Part shown: in pieces, positions 16,167 to 26,851 of the stretch
Position numbering within the stretch: position 1 is the first letter of the stretch
How the letters are laid out: each line of letters starts with the position of its first letter
Assembly (NCBI GenBank): GCA_028282585.1
Contig: JANQHR010000047.1
Location: 32,001 to 96,000, forward strand
Source of the DNA: Bacteroidales bacterium
GTDB taxonomy: Bacteria > Bacteroidota > Bacteroidia > Bacteroidales > UBA12077
DNA: 64,000 nt
Reading direction: 5' to 3'
The notes under the pieces: generated by a model
What the model saw: only the letters and a program-made list of their open reading frames with translations
Databases searched by the model: none
Told to the model about the DNA's origin: nothing
Position numbers and translations under genes: made by a program

Positions 16167-18347
16167 ATGAAAAAATCAGTAAGAATCAAACAGCATGATA
16201 TTACCGATTGTGGGGCGGCTTGCCTGGCATCCATAGCAGCACATCATGGATTAAAATTACCTATATCAAAAATACGGCAATATGCTTCAACCGATCAAAA
16301 AGGAACCAATGTTTTGGGAGTAATAGAAGCAGCAGAAAAGTTGGGATTTACTGCAAAAGGTGTAAAAGGTCCTTTTGAAAGTTTGTTTAAGATTCCTAAA
16401 CCAACGATCGCACATATCATTGTAAAAGAAAGATTGCACCATTATGTAGTTATATATAAGACAACAAAAAAATATATTATTATTATGGATCCGGGCACAG
16501 GCAGGATTCATAAAAAAACGCATGAGGAATTTAAAAAGGAATGGACAGGTATTTTAATTCTCATTATGCCTGATAAGTCTTTTAAAAAAGGAAATGAAAA
16601 AACTTCCATAACAAAACGTTTCTTTCAATTAATACGCCCGCACAGAACTATCATGATCCAGGCACTTTTTGGAGCCATTATATACAGTATTTTGGGTTTA
16701 TCTACTTCAATCTATGTTGAAAAAATAGTTGATTATGTTTTGGTAGATGGTAATTTAAACTTGCTTAACCTTCTAAGCACAATTATGATTGCTTTATTAC
16801 TCTTGCGAGTTTATATCGGAGTGATGAAAAGTATTTTTGCCTTGAAAACGGGACAAAAGATGGATGCCGCTTTAATATTGGGTTATTACAAACACCTGAT
16901 GAGACTTCCTCAACGTTTTTTTGATACTATGCGAACAGGGGAAGTCATTTCAAGAATAAATGATGCAGTTAAAATACGAACATTTATTAACAATGTATCG
17001 CTCGATTTGGCTGTTAATGTCATGATCGTATTTTTCACCTTTTCGTTAATGTTTATTTACTCCTGGAAGTTAGCTTTAATTGTTTTGGCGGCTATTCCGT
17101 TATATATTGTAATTTATCTTATTTATAATAAGTTAAATAAGAAATACCTGCGAAGAAATATGGAAAATGCTGCAGAACTAGAATCACAACTGGTTGAGTC
17201 CATCAATGCATCATCTACCATTAAAAGATTTGGATTGGAGAAATTTGCCAATTTAAAAACAGAGACTCGTTTTATAAAGTTATTAAGTTCCACTTATCAT
17301 TCTGTAAAAAATTCCATCTTTTCAAGTAGTTCGACTACTTTTATAGCAGGTGCAGTCACAATAGCCGTTCTTTGGATAGGTTCTAGGAGTGTAGTAAGTC
17401 AGGAAATGACTCCGGGTGAATTAATGTCTTTTTATGCTTTAATAGGTTATATTCTAAGTCCACTTGCAGGTTTAATTGATACTAACAAGGTGGTTCAGGA
17501 TGCTTTGATTGCAGCAGACCGCTTATTTCAGATCATGGATTTGGAGATGGAAGAAACAGAGAAAGAAAAGATGATATTGACACCTGATATGATAGGAGAT
17601 ATTAATTTCAAAAATGTATCCTTTAGGTATGGCTCCAGAGTTACCGTTTTTGAAAACCTGGATTTAACGATTCAAAAGAATAAAATGACAGCCATAGTCG
17701 GTGAAAGTGGTTCGGGTAAAACAACGCTTATATCACTGTTACAAAACATTTATCCTTTGCAATCCGGGAATATTGAATTCGGAAAATATAACCTTAACTA
17801 CATAAGTAATGAAAGCCTTAGGGAAATGGTAAGTGTTGTTCCTCAAAAGATTGATTTATTTGCAGGCAGTATACTTGAGAATATAGCCATTGGAGATTTA
17901 GAGCCTGATATGAAAAGAACAATAGATATTTGCCAATCATTAGGAATTATGAAGTTTATCGAGAAGCTACCAGGTGGTTTTCAAACCTATGTTGGAGAGA
18001 ATGGAGTTTCACTTTCAGGAGGTGAAAAGCAAAGAATTGCTATTGCTCGGGCTTTATATAAGAATCCGGAAGTATTAATATTAGATGAGGCTACATCCTC
18101 ACTTGACTCTGCTTCAGAACAATATGTTCAACAAGCCATACAATATTTAAAAAATCAAAATAAGACCATAATCGTCATTGCTCATAGATTAAGTACCGTA
18201 ATGAATGCAGATGAAATCTTTGTTCTAAATGAAGGTAAGGTAGTTGAAAATGGAGATCATCAGGAACTAATTGATGGAAGAGGATTTTATTATAATTTAT
18301 GGAAACAACAATTTCCAATGTTAAAAGAGTTAGAATTAATGCATTGA
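16167..18347 (+). CDS. Peptidase C39-containing ABC transporter (PCAT, GG-leader processing exporter)
   Basis: QHDITDCGAACL, HHYVV...MDPG catalytic residues; ABC membrane domain; GESGSGKTT, LSGGEKQR, ILDEATS. Confidence 0.96.
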   Translation: MKKSVRIKQHDITDCGAACLASIAAHHGLKLPISKIRQYASTDQKGTNVLGVIEAAEKLGFTAKGVKGPFESLFKIPKPTIAHIIVKERLHHYVVIYKTTKKYIIIMDPGTGRIHKKTHEEFKKEWTGILILIMPDKSFKKGNEKTSITKRFFQLIRPHRTIMIQALFGAIIYSILGLSTSIYVEKIVDYVLVDGNLNLLNLLSTIMIALLLLRVYIGVMKSIFALKTGQKMDAALILGYYKHLMRLPQRFFDTMRTGEVISRINDAVKIRTFINNVSLDLAVNVMIVFFTFSLMFIYSWKLALIVLAAIPLYIVIYLIYNKLNKKYLRRNMENAAELESQLVESINASSTIKRFGLEKFANLKTETRFIKLLSSTYHSVKNSIFSSSSTTFIAGAVTIAVLWIGSRSVVSQEMTPGELMSFYALIGYILSPLAGLIDTNKVVQDALIAADRLFQIMDLEMEETEKEKMILTPDMIGDINFKNVSFRYGSRVTVFENLDLTIQKNKMTAIVGESGSGKTTLISLLQNIYPLQSGNIEFGKYNLNYISNESLREMVSVVPQKIDLFAGSILENIAIGDLEPDMKRTIDICQSLGIMKFIEKLPGGFQTYVGENGVSLSGGEKQRIAIARALYKNPEVLILDEATSSLDSASEQYVQQAIQYLKNQNKTIIVIAHRLSTVMNADEIFVLNEGKVVENGDHQELIDGRGFYYNLWKQQFPMLKELELMH

Positions 18348-18455
18348 CCATAAGGGTTTAGTTTTAAAAGCCACAGAACTCATCTTATTGCTGGTATTGA
18401 TAAGGTTTATCGAGTTTTACAGGGAAGAAGATGAGCAAAACTATTTGAGATTTGT

Positions 18456-18839
18456 ATGGATAAGAAGCAAAAAACATATTTGATATTATCGATTTTTATT
18501 GTATTTACGGCACTTTTATTGACCTATTTGTATAGGCCATTTATTGTATAACAATAATATTAATGATTATGGATTTGCTGATGCAATTGGAAGTTTAGCA
18601 TCGGTTATTGCAGTATGTTTTTTCCTTTGGTCTTTTAAAAATTACCCTAACAGTGAAAAAAACAAACATATTATATTGGCTATGCTCGTTTATACAGTTA
18701 TTTGGGAGCGTTAGGCTTAATAGGTGTTCATGGTACTTTTGATTGGAAGGATATAATTGCAGTATTTATAAGTGGTGGTTTGGCATATTTATTAAAATAA
18801 ATTATAGAAAAAAGAGTTTCACATATTACTAAACTATAA
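18456..18839 (+). pseudogene. Frameshifted membrane protein gene
   Basis: Fragments MDKKQKTYLILSIFIVFTALLLTYLYRPF / NNNINDYGFADAIGSLASVIAVCFFLW...WE / LGLIGVHGTFDWKDIIAVFISGGLAYLLK* join across two frameshifts and a stop. Confidence 0.6.
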
Positions 18840-18906
18840 TGTTCAAGAATTAGACGTAACAATATTTGCATTAATTCATCTATGCAAATTATATAACCAT
18901 AGTTCA

Positions 18907-19188
18907 ATGAGCATACGGTACATTATAAATTATATGACAAACAAAAAAGAATTCGACCTGGTACAAATATTTGCCGGAACAACTGTTCAAGCACAAATGG
19001 TGCAAAGCATACTAAAAAGTGAAGGAATTGAGGCATTCCTAAAGGACGAATATATGGGAACTTTGTTTCCTTTTCATACTGCGCCCGGAGCGGCAGGATC
19101 AGTAAAGGTCGTTGTCCCAAACCAGGATTACGAAGCTGCCAAAAAAATTGTAGACAACTATTACAATAATATAAATTCAGATCAATAG
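18907..19188 (+). CDS. DUF2007-like putative signal-transducing protein
   Basis: AQMVQSILKSEGIEAFLKDE...VKVVVPNQDYEAAKKIV pattern. Confidence 0.8.
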   Translation: MSIRYIINYMTNKKEFDLVQIFAGTTVQAQMVQSILKSEGIEAFLKDEYMGTLFPFHTAPGAAGSVKVVVPNQDYEAAKKIVDNYYNNINSDQ

Positions 19189-19191
19189 CTG

Positions 19192-19509
19192 ATGGATAAG
19201 AAAGTACTTTATAAGGAATTATTAAATAAATGTCCGAGGTTTGAACTTAAAGGCAAAAATATGCTTTATACTTCTGCAAACGGGCATATGTTTTCCACGT
19301 TAAATAAAGAAGGAGAATTAGGAATCAGATTCTCTAGAGAAGTTCAGGAAAAATATATAAAAGAATTGGGAACTGATTATTTTAAATCTTATGGAGCCAC
19401 CATGAAGGGTTATGTGTTAATACCTGAAATCCTCTGGAAGGATCTTGATAAACTGGCAAAATATCTGAATGAAAGCTGCGATTATGTAATGTCGCTCGAT
19501 CCAAAATAA
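19192..19509 (+). CDS. TfoX-N/YjbR-like small protein
   Basis: YTSANGHMFS...YGATMKGYVLIP...YVMSLDPK pattern. Confidence 0.65.
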   Translation: MDKKVLYKELLNKCPRFELKGKNMLYTSANGHMFSTLNKEGELGIRFSREVQEKYIKELGTDYFKSYGATMKGYVLIPEILWKDLDKLAKYLNESCDYVMSLDPK

Positions 19510-19674
19510 AAGGAGGTGTCCAAAAATTCTTAGTGTTCTTTGTGCCTGCTTTGCGAAACTATGTGGTATAATTATAAAAGGCTGTTACACAGAGAACCAC
19601 AGAGAAGACACAAAGTTACTCAAAGTAAAAAATACGAACAAGATTTAACTATTGTACTTTTTGGACACCCCCTT
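19510..19674. mobile_element. MITE-like element with 17-bp terminal inverted repeats
   Basis: AAGGAGGTGTCCAAAAA ... TTTTTGGACACCCCCTT (16/17 match); interior has inverted CTTTGTG/CACAGAG/CACAAAG repeats. Confidence 0.55.
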
Positions 19675-19715
19675 ATGATTATGTATAATGGATATACCAT
19701 TTTTCTTTTGGATAT

Positions 19716-21890
<2,175 letters not shown>

Positions 21891-22126
21891 TTAAGTTAAT
21901 GAATACCCTAAATGTTGGATTTAAATTATTTCAATATAATAAGCAGAGCGAAGTAATATACGAAAATATGAGCATTGTTTCAAGCTTTGGAATACCTAAT
22001 TGTAATCTCATATTTTAGTTAACTTGTTAGATATCAATTTTATTAATAAATGTAGAACTTCTATAAATATGTAAAAATATTCCTCAATAAACTTTAAGGG
22101 ATTTTTTCTTATATTTTGTCTTAAAA

Positions 22127-22657
22127 TTAATTGGTTTTGTTTTCAAAACTTTTTTTGTACTCATCAAAAGATACTGTTTTAAAGGCGTCTTCGGCAAAAA
22201 ACATTAGAACCGGTTCCAAAGCGTCAGCTGTGTAATATCCTGGAACTGCTGTCAGTAGCTGATTGTTTTCATTTAAATATGCCATGGAAGGGTAAGACAT
22301 TTTACCTTGTAATAAAGCAACTGCTAACTGATGGGGTGACCTTCTTCCATTTCCATCGTTTACAAAAAGTTGCCCTGCAAAGTTAATCGTGTCTTTTGAT
22401 TCTGCATCAAACTTAACTGCATAATATTCTTCGTTCAGAATCTTAGCAATAGTTGGATGGGTAAATGTAGTTGCTTCCATTTTTTTGCACCACCCACACC
22501 AATCGGTATAAACATCAATAAAAATTTTTCTTTGTTCTTTCTTATTTAGCTCGATCGCCTCTTCAATACTGTACCATTTTACCTCGTTTTCCTGCCCACT
22601 AACATTTAAACACGTAATAAGGAATATAGCGATATAGCTTATCGTCCATTTTTTCAT
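22127..22657 (-). CDS. Secreted thioredoxin-fold protein (DUF255-like)
   Basis: Signal peptide; YTDWCGWCKKM; cis-Pro loop MSYPS. Confidence 0.88.
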   Translation of the reverse strand: MKKWTISYIAIFLITCLNVSGQENEVKWYSIEEAIELNKKEQRKIFIDVYTDWCGWCKKMEATTFTHPTIAKILNEEYYAVKFDAESKDTINFAGQLFVNDGNGRRSPHQLAVALLQGKMSYPSMAYLNENNQLLTAVPGYYTADALEPVLMFFAEDAFKTVSFDEYKKSFENKTN

Positions 22658-22991
22658 ATCTGGTTCGGTTTTATTTAGAAAAATAAGTTATGTAACTATA
22701 TACATACTTATTTAGTAAACACAAATTTAAACTTTTTTGTTGCATAAATCTAATATTTTTGCAATCCATAAAGGGTTATTATATGACGAAAAACTTCTAA
22801 AAAAGTTATATCAAGGCATACATTTTAATGTTAAGATTTGTTAAAAACCGAATTTGGTAAAGTTGTACTTTAGTTAAAAAGTTATTTTTTCTAAATTTGA
22901 GCTTGCTAAATTTAAATTTGAGAATTAAACAATTCTTTTAAATCTTAGTCTGATTAAATAATTAAAAACAATAAAACGGAGGATTAATTAA

Positions 22992-24449
22992 ATGAGTGAA
23001 ATTCGCAATTTAGAACCCAAAGCTGTATGGGGAATATTTCAGGATTTATGTGATATACCACGTCCATCGAAGAAAGAGCAAAAAGCAGTAGAATTTGCAA
23101 AAAAATTTGGTGAGAATCTTGGATTAGAAACAATCGTTGATAAGATTGGAAATGTAATTATTAAAAAACCCGCAACACCAGGAATGGAGGGCAGAAAAAC
23201 TGTTGTTTTACAAGGACATTTGGATATGGTTCCTCAAAAGAACAGTAATATTGACCATAACTTTGAAACAGATCCAATTCAGCCTTATATTGACGGTGAA
23301 TGGGTTACCGCAAAAGACACAACATTAGGTGCTGACAATGGTATGGGAGTGGCTGCTGCACTGGCTGTTTTACAATCAAAAGATGCTGAGCACGGACCAC
23401 TTGAGGTTCTTCTTACGATTGACGAGGAAAGCGGAATGACAGGTGCTGAAAATTTAGAGGCTGGCATTTTAGATGCTGATATAATGATCAATACTGACTC
23501 TGAGGATGAAGGTGAGCTGTATATTGGTTGTGCTGGTGGAATTGATACCAATGCAAAGTTTCATTTTGAAAAAGAAGATGTACCTGCTGACTCAAAAGTA
23601 TTCAGGATTGATGTTAGAGGATTAAAAGGTGGTCACTCAGGAATGGATATTCCATTGGGAAGAGGAAATGCAAACAAAATTTTGAACAGGCTTTTATATG
23701 CTACAAATAAATCTTTGGATGTAAGATTGGCAGATATACAATCAGGTAGTTTGAGAAATGCTATTCCACGTGAAGGTTTTGCTGTTGTAACAGTTCCAGG
23801 ATCACAGGCAGGTGAATTCAACACAATAATAGAAGAACTTGTTCCTCAAATTAAGGCTGAATTAGAAGTTACTGAACCTGATATGGAAGTTGCAGTTAGC
23901 GAAGTTGATATGCCGGAAAAAGTTATTGACGAGAAAACAAGCAATAATTTAATCAAAGCAATCTACGGTTTTCCGAATGGTGTTATTCGTATGAGTGATG
24001 CAATGGAGGGTTTAGTAGAAACTTCTACAAACCTTGCGGTTATTAAAATGCATGAGGAATGGATTGAGATTGCATCATTACAAAGAAGTTCCGTTGAAAG
24101 TGCAAAAGAAGATTTAGCCAACATGATTCGTTGTATACTTGAGCTGGCAGGAGCTGAAGTTGTTCATGAAGGTGCATATCCGGGATGGAAACCAAACATT
24201 AATTCTCCAATTCTTAAAACAATGCAGGATGTTTACAACAATAAATGGGGTAAAGTGCCTGAAATTAAAGCTATTCATGCTGGATTGGAATGTGGAATTA
24301 TAATGGAAAATTATCCAAACTTGGATACAATTTCATTTGGGCCAACCATCCGTTACCCTCACTCTCCAGATGAGAAAGTAAATATTGAGACAGTTAAAAT
24401 GTTTTACGATTTCTTATTGGAGACTCTAAAGAACATTCCAAAAAAATAA
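22992..24449 (+). CDS. pepD: Aminoacyl-histidine dipeptidase (M20C)
   Basis: LQGHLDMV, TTLGADNGMG, DEESGM, GGHSG, IHAGLECG, HSPDE. Confidence 0.96.
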   Translation: MSEIRNLEPKAVWGIFQDLCDIPRPSKKEQKAVEFAKKFGENLGLETIVDKIGNVIIKKPATPGMEGRKTVVLQGHLDMVPQKNSNIDHNFETDPIQPYIDGEWVTAKDTTLGADNGMGVAAALAVLQSKDAEHGPLEVLLTIDEESGMTGAENLEAGILDADIMINTDSEDEGELYIGCAGGIDTNAKFHFEKEDVPADSKVFRIDVRGLKGGHSGMDIPLGRGNANKILNRLLYATNKSLDVRLADIQSGSLRNAIPREGFAVVTVPGSQAGEFNTIIEELVPQIKAELEVTEPDMEVAVSEVDMPEKVIDEKTSNNLIKAIYGFPNGVIRMSDAMEGLVETSTNLAVIKMHEEWIEIASLQRSSVESAKEDLANMIRCILELAGAEVVHEGAYPGWKPNINSPILKTMQDVYNNKWGKVPEIKAIHAGLECGIIMENYPNLDTISFGPTIRYPHSPDEKVNIETVKMFYDFLLETLKNIPKK

Positions 24450-24465
24450 TATATTTTGAATTTCT

Positions 24466-24500
24466 AAAAAGGTGCAGCTTTTTGAAGTTAGCACCTTTTT
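24466..24500 (+). terminator. Intrinsic terminator after pepD
   Basis: AAAAAGGTGC...GCACCTTTTT. Confidence 0.75.
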
Positions 24501-24616
24501 TGTTTGAGTAAATTGAAGTTAATCACATGATGGCTCAATGTCATTGTTTGAATAAAATAAACTCAAAATTTACTTTACAAGTTTTTATTAGTAAATTGGT
24601 TAAAAATCAGTTTGCT

Positions 24617-25273
24617 ATGAGAACTAAACAGAAATATCTGGTATTTATAATACTTGCTTTATTCCTAGGATGCGGCCCTTATATATGGTTTAAAGTACCA
24701 CAACCTGCCGGAGGTAAAAATTTAACCGAATTTCCTGACCTTGTATTAGGCAAATATGCATCCTTAGTTGATACCAATGTTATTAGAATAAAGAAGGATA
24801 AAATCATAAGAGAATATAGAGAGAATCTTCTTATGACAAAAATTGAATTTAGAGAGGAGGTAGGAGATACTATTTCGGAAGATACTTCTTTTATGTTTAC
24901 AGATAACTGGAAAATTGATATCAGATCATACGGTGATTCAATTAAAGTTTTTTCAAGTAAAGATGAGGAACTTTTTAAAATATCGGAAATCCAATTACTA
25001 CGAGCCTATAAAAGTTATTACTTTTTAAACTATAAAGATACTAATGATTACTGGAAAGTTAAGATATTAAGATTAGTTGGTGATACATTAGAGTTTGATT
25101 TTATATTGAAGGAAGAAGATATCAAAAGCATTAAAGGAATTACTAAAATTAAAGTATCTACTGATTCTATCAAAGGTGCCTCGAAGTATTTTTTAGATCC
25201 AACAAAAAGAGAATTAAGGAAGATCTTGAAGCAGAGAAAAAAGGGTGAAAAGTACGTAAAATCTAAGATGTAG
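24617..25273 (+). CDS. Hypothetical lipoprotein
   Basis: Likely start MRTKQK at 24617 gives a signal peptide with lipobox FLGC. Confidence 0.7.
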   Translation: MRTKQKYLVFIILALFLGCGPYIWFKVPQPAGGKNLTEFPDLVLGKYASLVDTNVIRIKKDKIIREYRENLLMTKIEFREEVGDTISEDTSFMFTDNWKIDIRSYGDSIKVFSSKDEELFKISEIQLLRAYKSYYFLNYKDTNDYWKVKILRLVGDTLEFDFILKEEDIKSIKGITKIKVSTDSIKGASKYFLDPTKRELRKILKQRKKGEKYVKSKM

Positions 25274-25333
25274 AAAGAATCATTTCTTTTTTTCAAATAA
25301 TGTATTTATTTTCACTTTTGAAAATAGAGAATC

Positions 25334-26446
25334 ATGATGGACCAAAATAAAGATTTACAACCTTTTAAGCCCGATAACAGAGAAGTTACAAAATACGATT
25401 TTTTAATTTGTCCTAATTGTAGTACTGAAGAGGTTGGAAAATATTGCCCTAATTGTGGCCAATTCAATAAAGATTATAATAAACCACTGAAAGAAATCTT
25501 CAGCGATTTAATGGATTCAATTAATTTAGATATCCGTTTGATTAAAACTTTAGTACCTTTCTTTTTTAAACCAGGCTATTTAACTCAAGAATATTTTAAA
25601 GGTAAAAGAAGAAGATACGTTCCTCCGATGCGAATGTATATTTTGTTTAGTGTTTTATTTTTCTTTTTGGCAAAGTTTACCGATTTAGATAGTTTAAAGG
25701 AAATGGGTAAAGTAACTGGCAATAGTATGACGGATTCAATTAACCATGAAGTATCCATGGCAATTACCGAGGCCGAAAATCAATTTAAAATAGGGATAGA
25801 GCAAGCAGGAATTCCTTTGGATTCAAGTAATGTGGTATACGCGGAAGTTTTAAAAGATACAGCAAAATGGTTTCCAAAAAATGTACAGTGGACTACTGAA
25901 ACAAATCGCGATACTACCCAACGATCATTAAATGATTTTTCTCCTGAAGAAATACAAAAGTTAAAGGATGAGATAGAAGCAGATACAACTCTTTCGAAGG
26001 GTGTGAAAGAGGTTGTTGGTGGCACTTTAAATGTTACGGAAAAAATGGACCTGTTCTGGGATAAGTTTCTTAATAATGCCTCTTATGTCTTATTTCTTTT
26101 AATGCCATTCTTTGCACTTATTCTTGCACTTACTTTGTGGAGATCGAAAAAATTATATGTGCACCATTTGATATTTTCTATTAATTACCACTCGTTTATT
26201 TTTGGTTTTTCTTCTTTACTAATAGTATTAGGAATGATTTTACCCGAGAAATTAGTTCCTTATTTATCTTATTTATTTTGGGGTTACCCACTTTACCTGA
26301 TGTTTGGCATACGAAGATTTTATAAAAGAAGTATTGTTGGTGCTTTTTTTAAAACATTTGGTATAACTTTATTGTATTCACTTATAATTTCTATTGTAGT
26401 GATTATTATAATAGTTTTTACTGCAAAAGGATTTTACGAAGGATAA
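25334..26446 (+). CDS. DUF3667-domain membrane protein
   Basis: CPNC..GKYCPNCGQ, KPGYLTQEYFKGKRRRYVPPMRMY, HLIFSINYHSF. Confidence 0.88.
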   Translation: MMDQNKDLQPFKPDNREVTKYDFLICPNCSTEEVGKYCPNCGQFNKDYNKPLKEIFSDLMDSINLDIRLIKTLVPFFFKPGYLTQEYFKGKRRRYVPPMRMYILFSVLFFFLAKFTDLDSLKEMGKVTGNSMTDSINHEVSMAITEAENQFKIGIEQAGIPLDSSNVVYAEVLKDTAKWFPKNVQWTTETNRDTTQRSLNDFSPEEIQKLKDEIEADTTLSKGVKEVVGGTLNVTEKMDLFWDKFLNNASYVLFLLMPFFALILALTLWRSKKLYVHHLIFSINYHSFIFGFSSLLIVLGMILPEKLVPYLSYLFWGYPLYLMFGIRRFYKRSIVGAFFKTFGITLLYSLIISIVVIIIIVFTAKGFYEG

Positions 26447-26458
26447 ATTTAAAAAACT

Positions 26459-26821
26459 ATGATAAAATTAGTTGATAAGCCATCTATAATTAAGGCTGCC
26501 GGAACAAAAGAAAAAATTATTGAAGAGTTTTTTGGAATAATAAACTCTGAAGATTCAAATGTAAGTATAGCTAGAATGAAAAGTCCCGAAGATTGGGAGG
26601 AGCCAGGACAAAAGCCTGAATTTGATGAATATACAATTGTACTTAAAGGGACTTTACATGTAAAAACGAAATTGAAAGAATACAATGTTACAGCTGGACA
26701 AGGAATATTAATTGGAAAAAATGAATGGGTACAATATAGTACGCCGTTTGAAGGCGGTGCAGAGTATGTTGCAATTTGCCTGCCTGCTTTTTCTCCCGAT
26801 ACCGTTAATAGAGATGAATAA
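26459..26821 (+). CDS. Cupin (EutQ-like)
   Basis: WEEPGQKPEFDEYTIVLKG...WVQYSTP...CLPAFSP. Confidence 0.88.
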   Translation: MIKLVDKPSIIKAAGTKEKIIEEFFGIINSEDSNVSIARMKSPEDWEEPGQKPEFDEYTIVLKGTLHVKTKLKEYNVTAGQGILIGKNEWVQYSTPFEGGAEYVAICLPAFSPDTVNRDE

Positions 26822-26844
26822 AAAACCTGCTCTAGCAGGTTTTT
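26821..26844. terminator. Bidirectional terminator
   Basis: AAAAACCTGCT-CT-AGCAGGTTTTT between convergent genes. Confidence 0.8.
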
Positions 26845-26851
26845 ATCATAT

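Noticed and set aside
24527-24616. Upstream start extensions in the ORF track (also 35136-35216 and 54710-54757)
   Set aside because: Downstream ATGs give proper signal peptides or lipoboxes, so the extensions are probably non-coding
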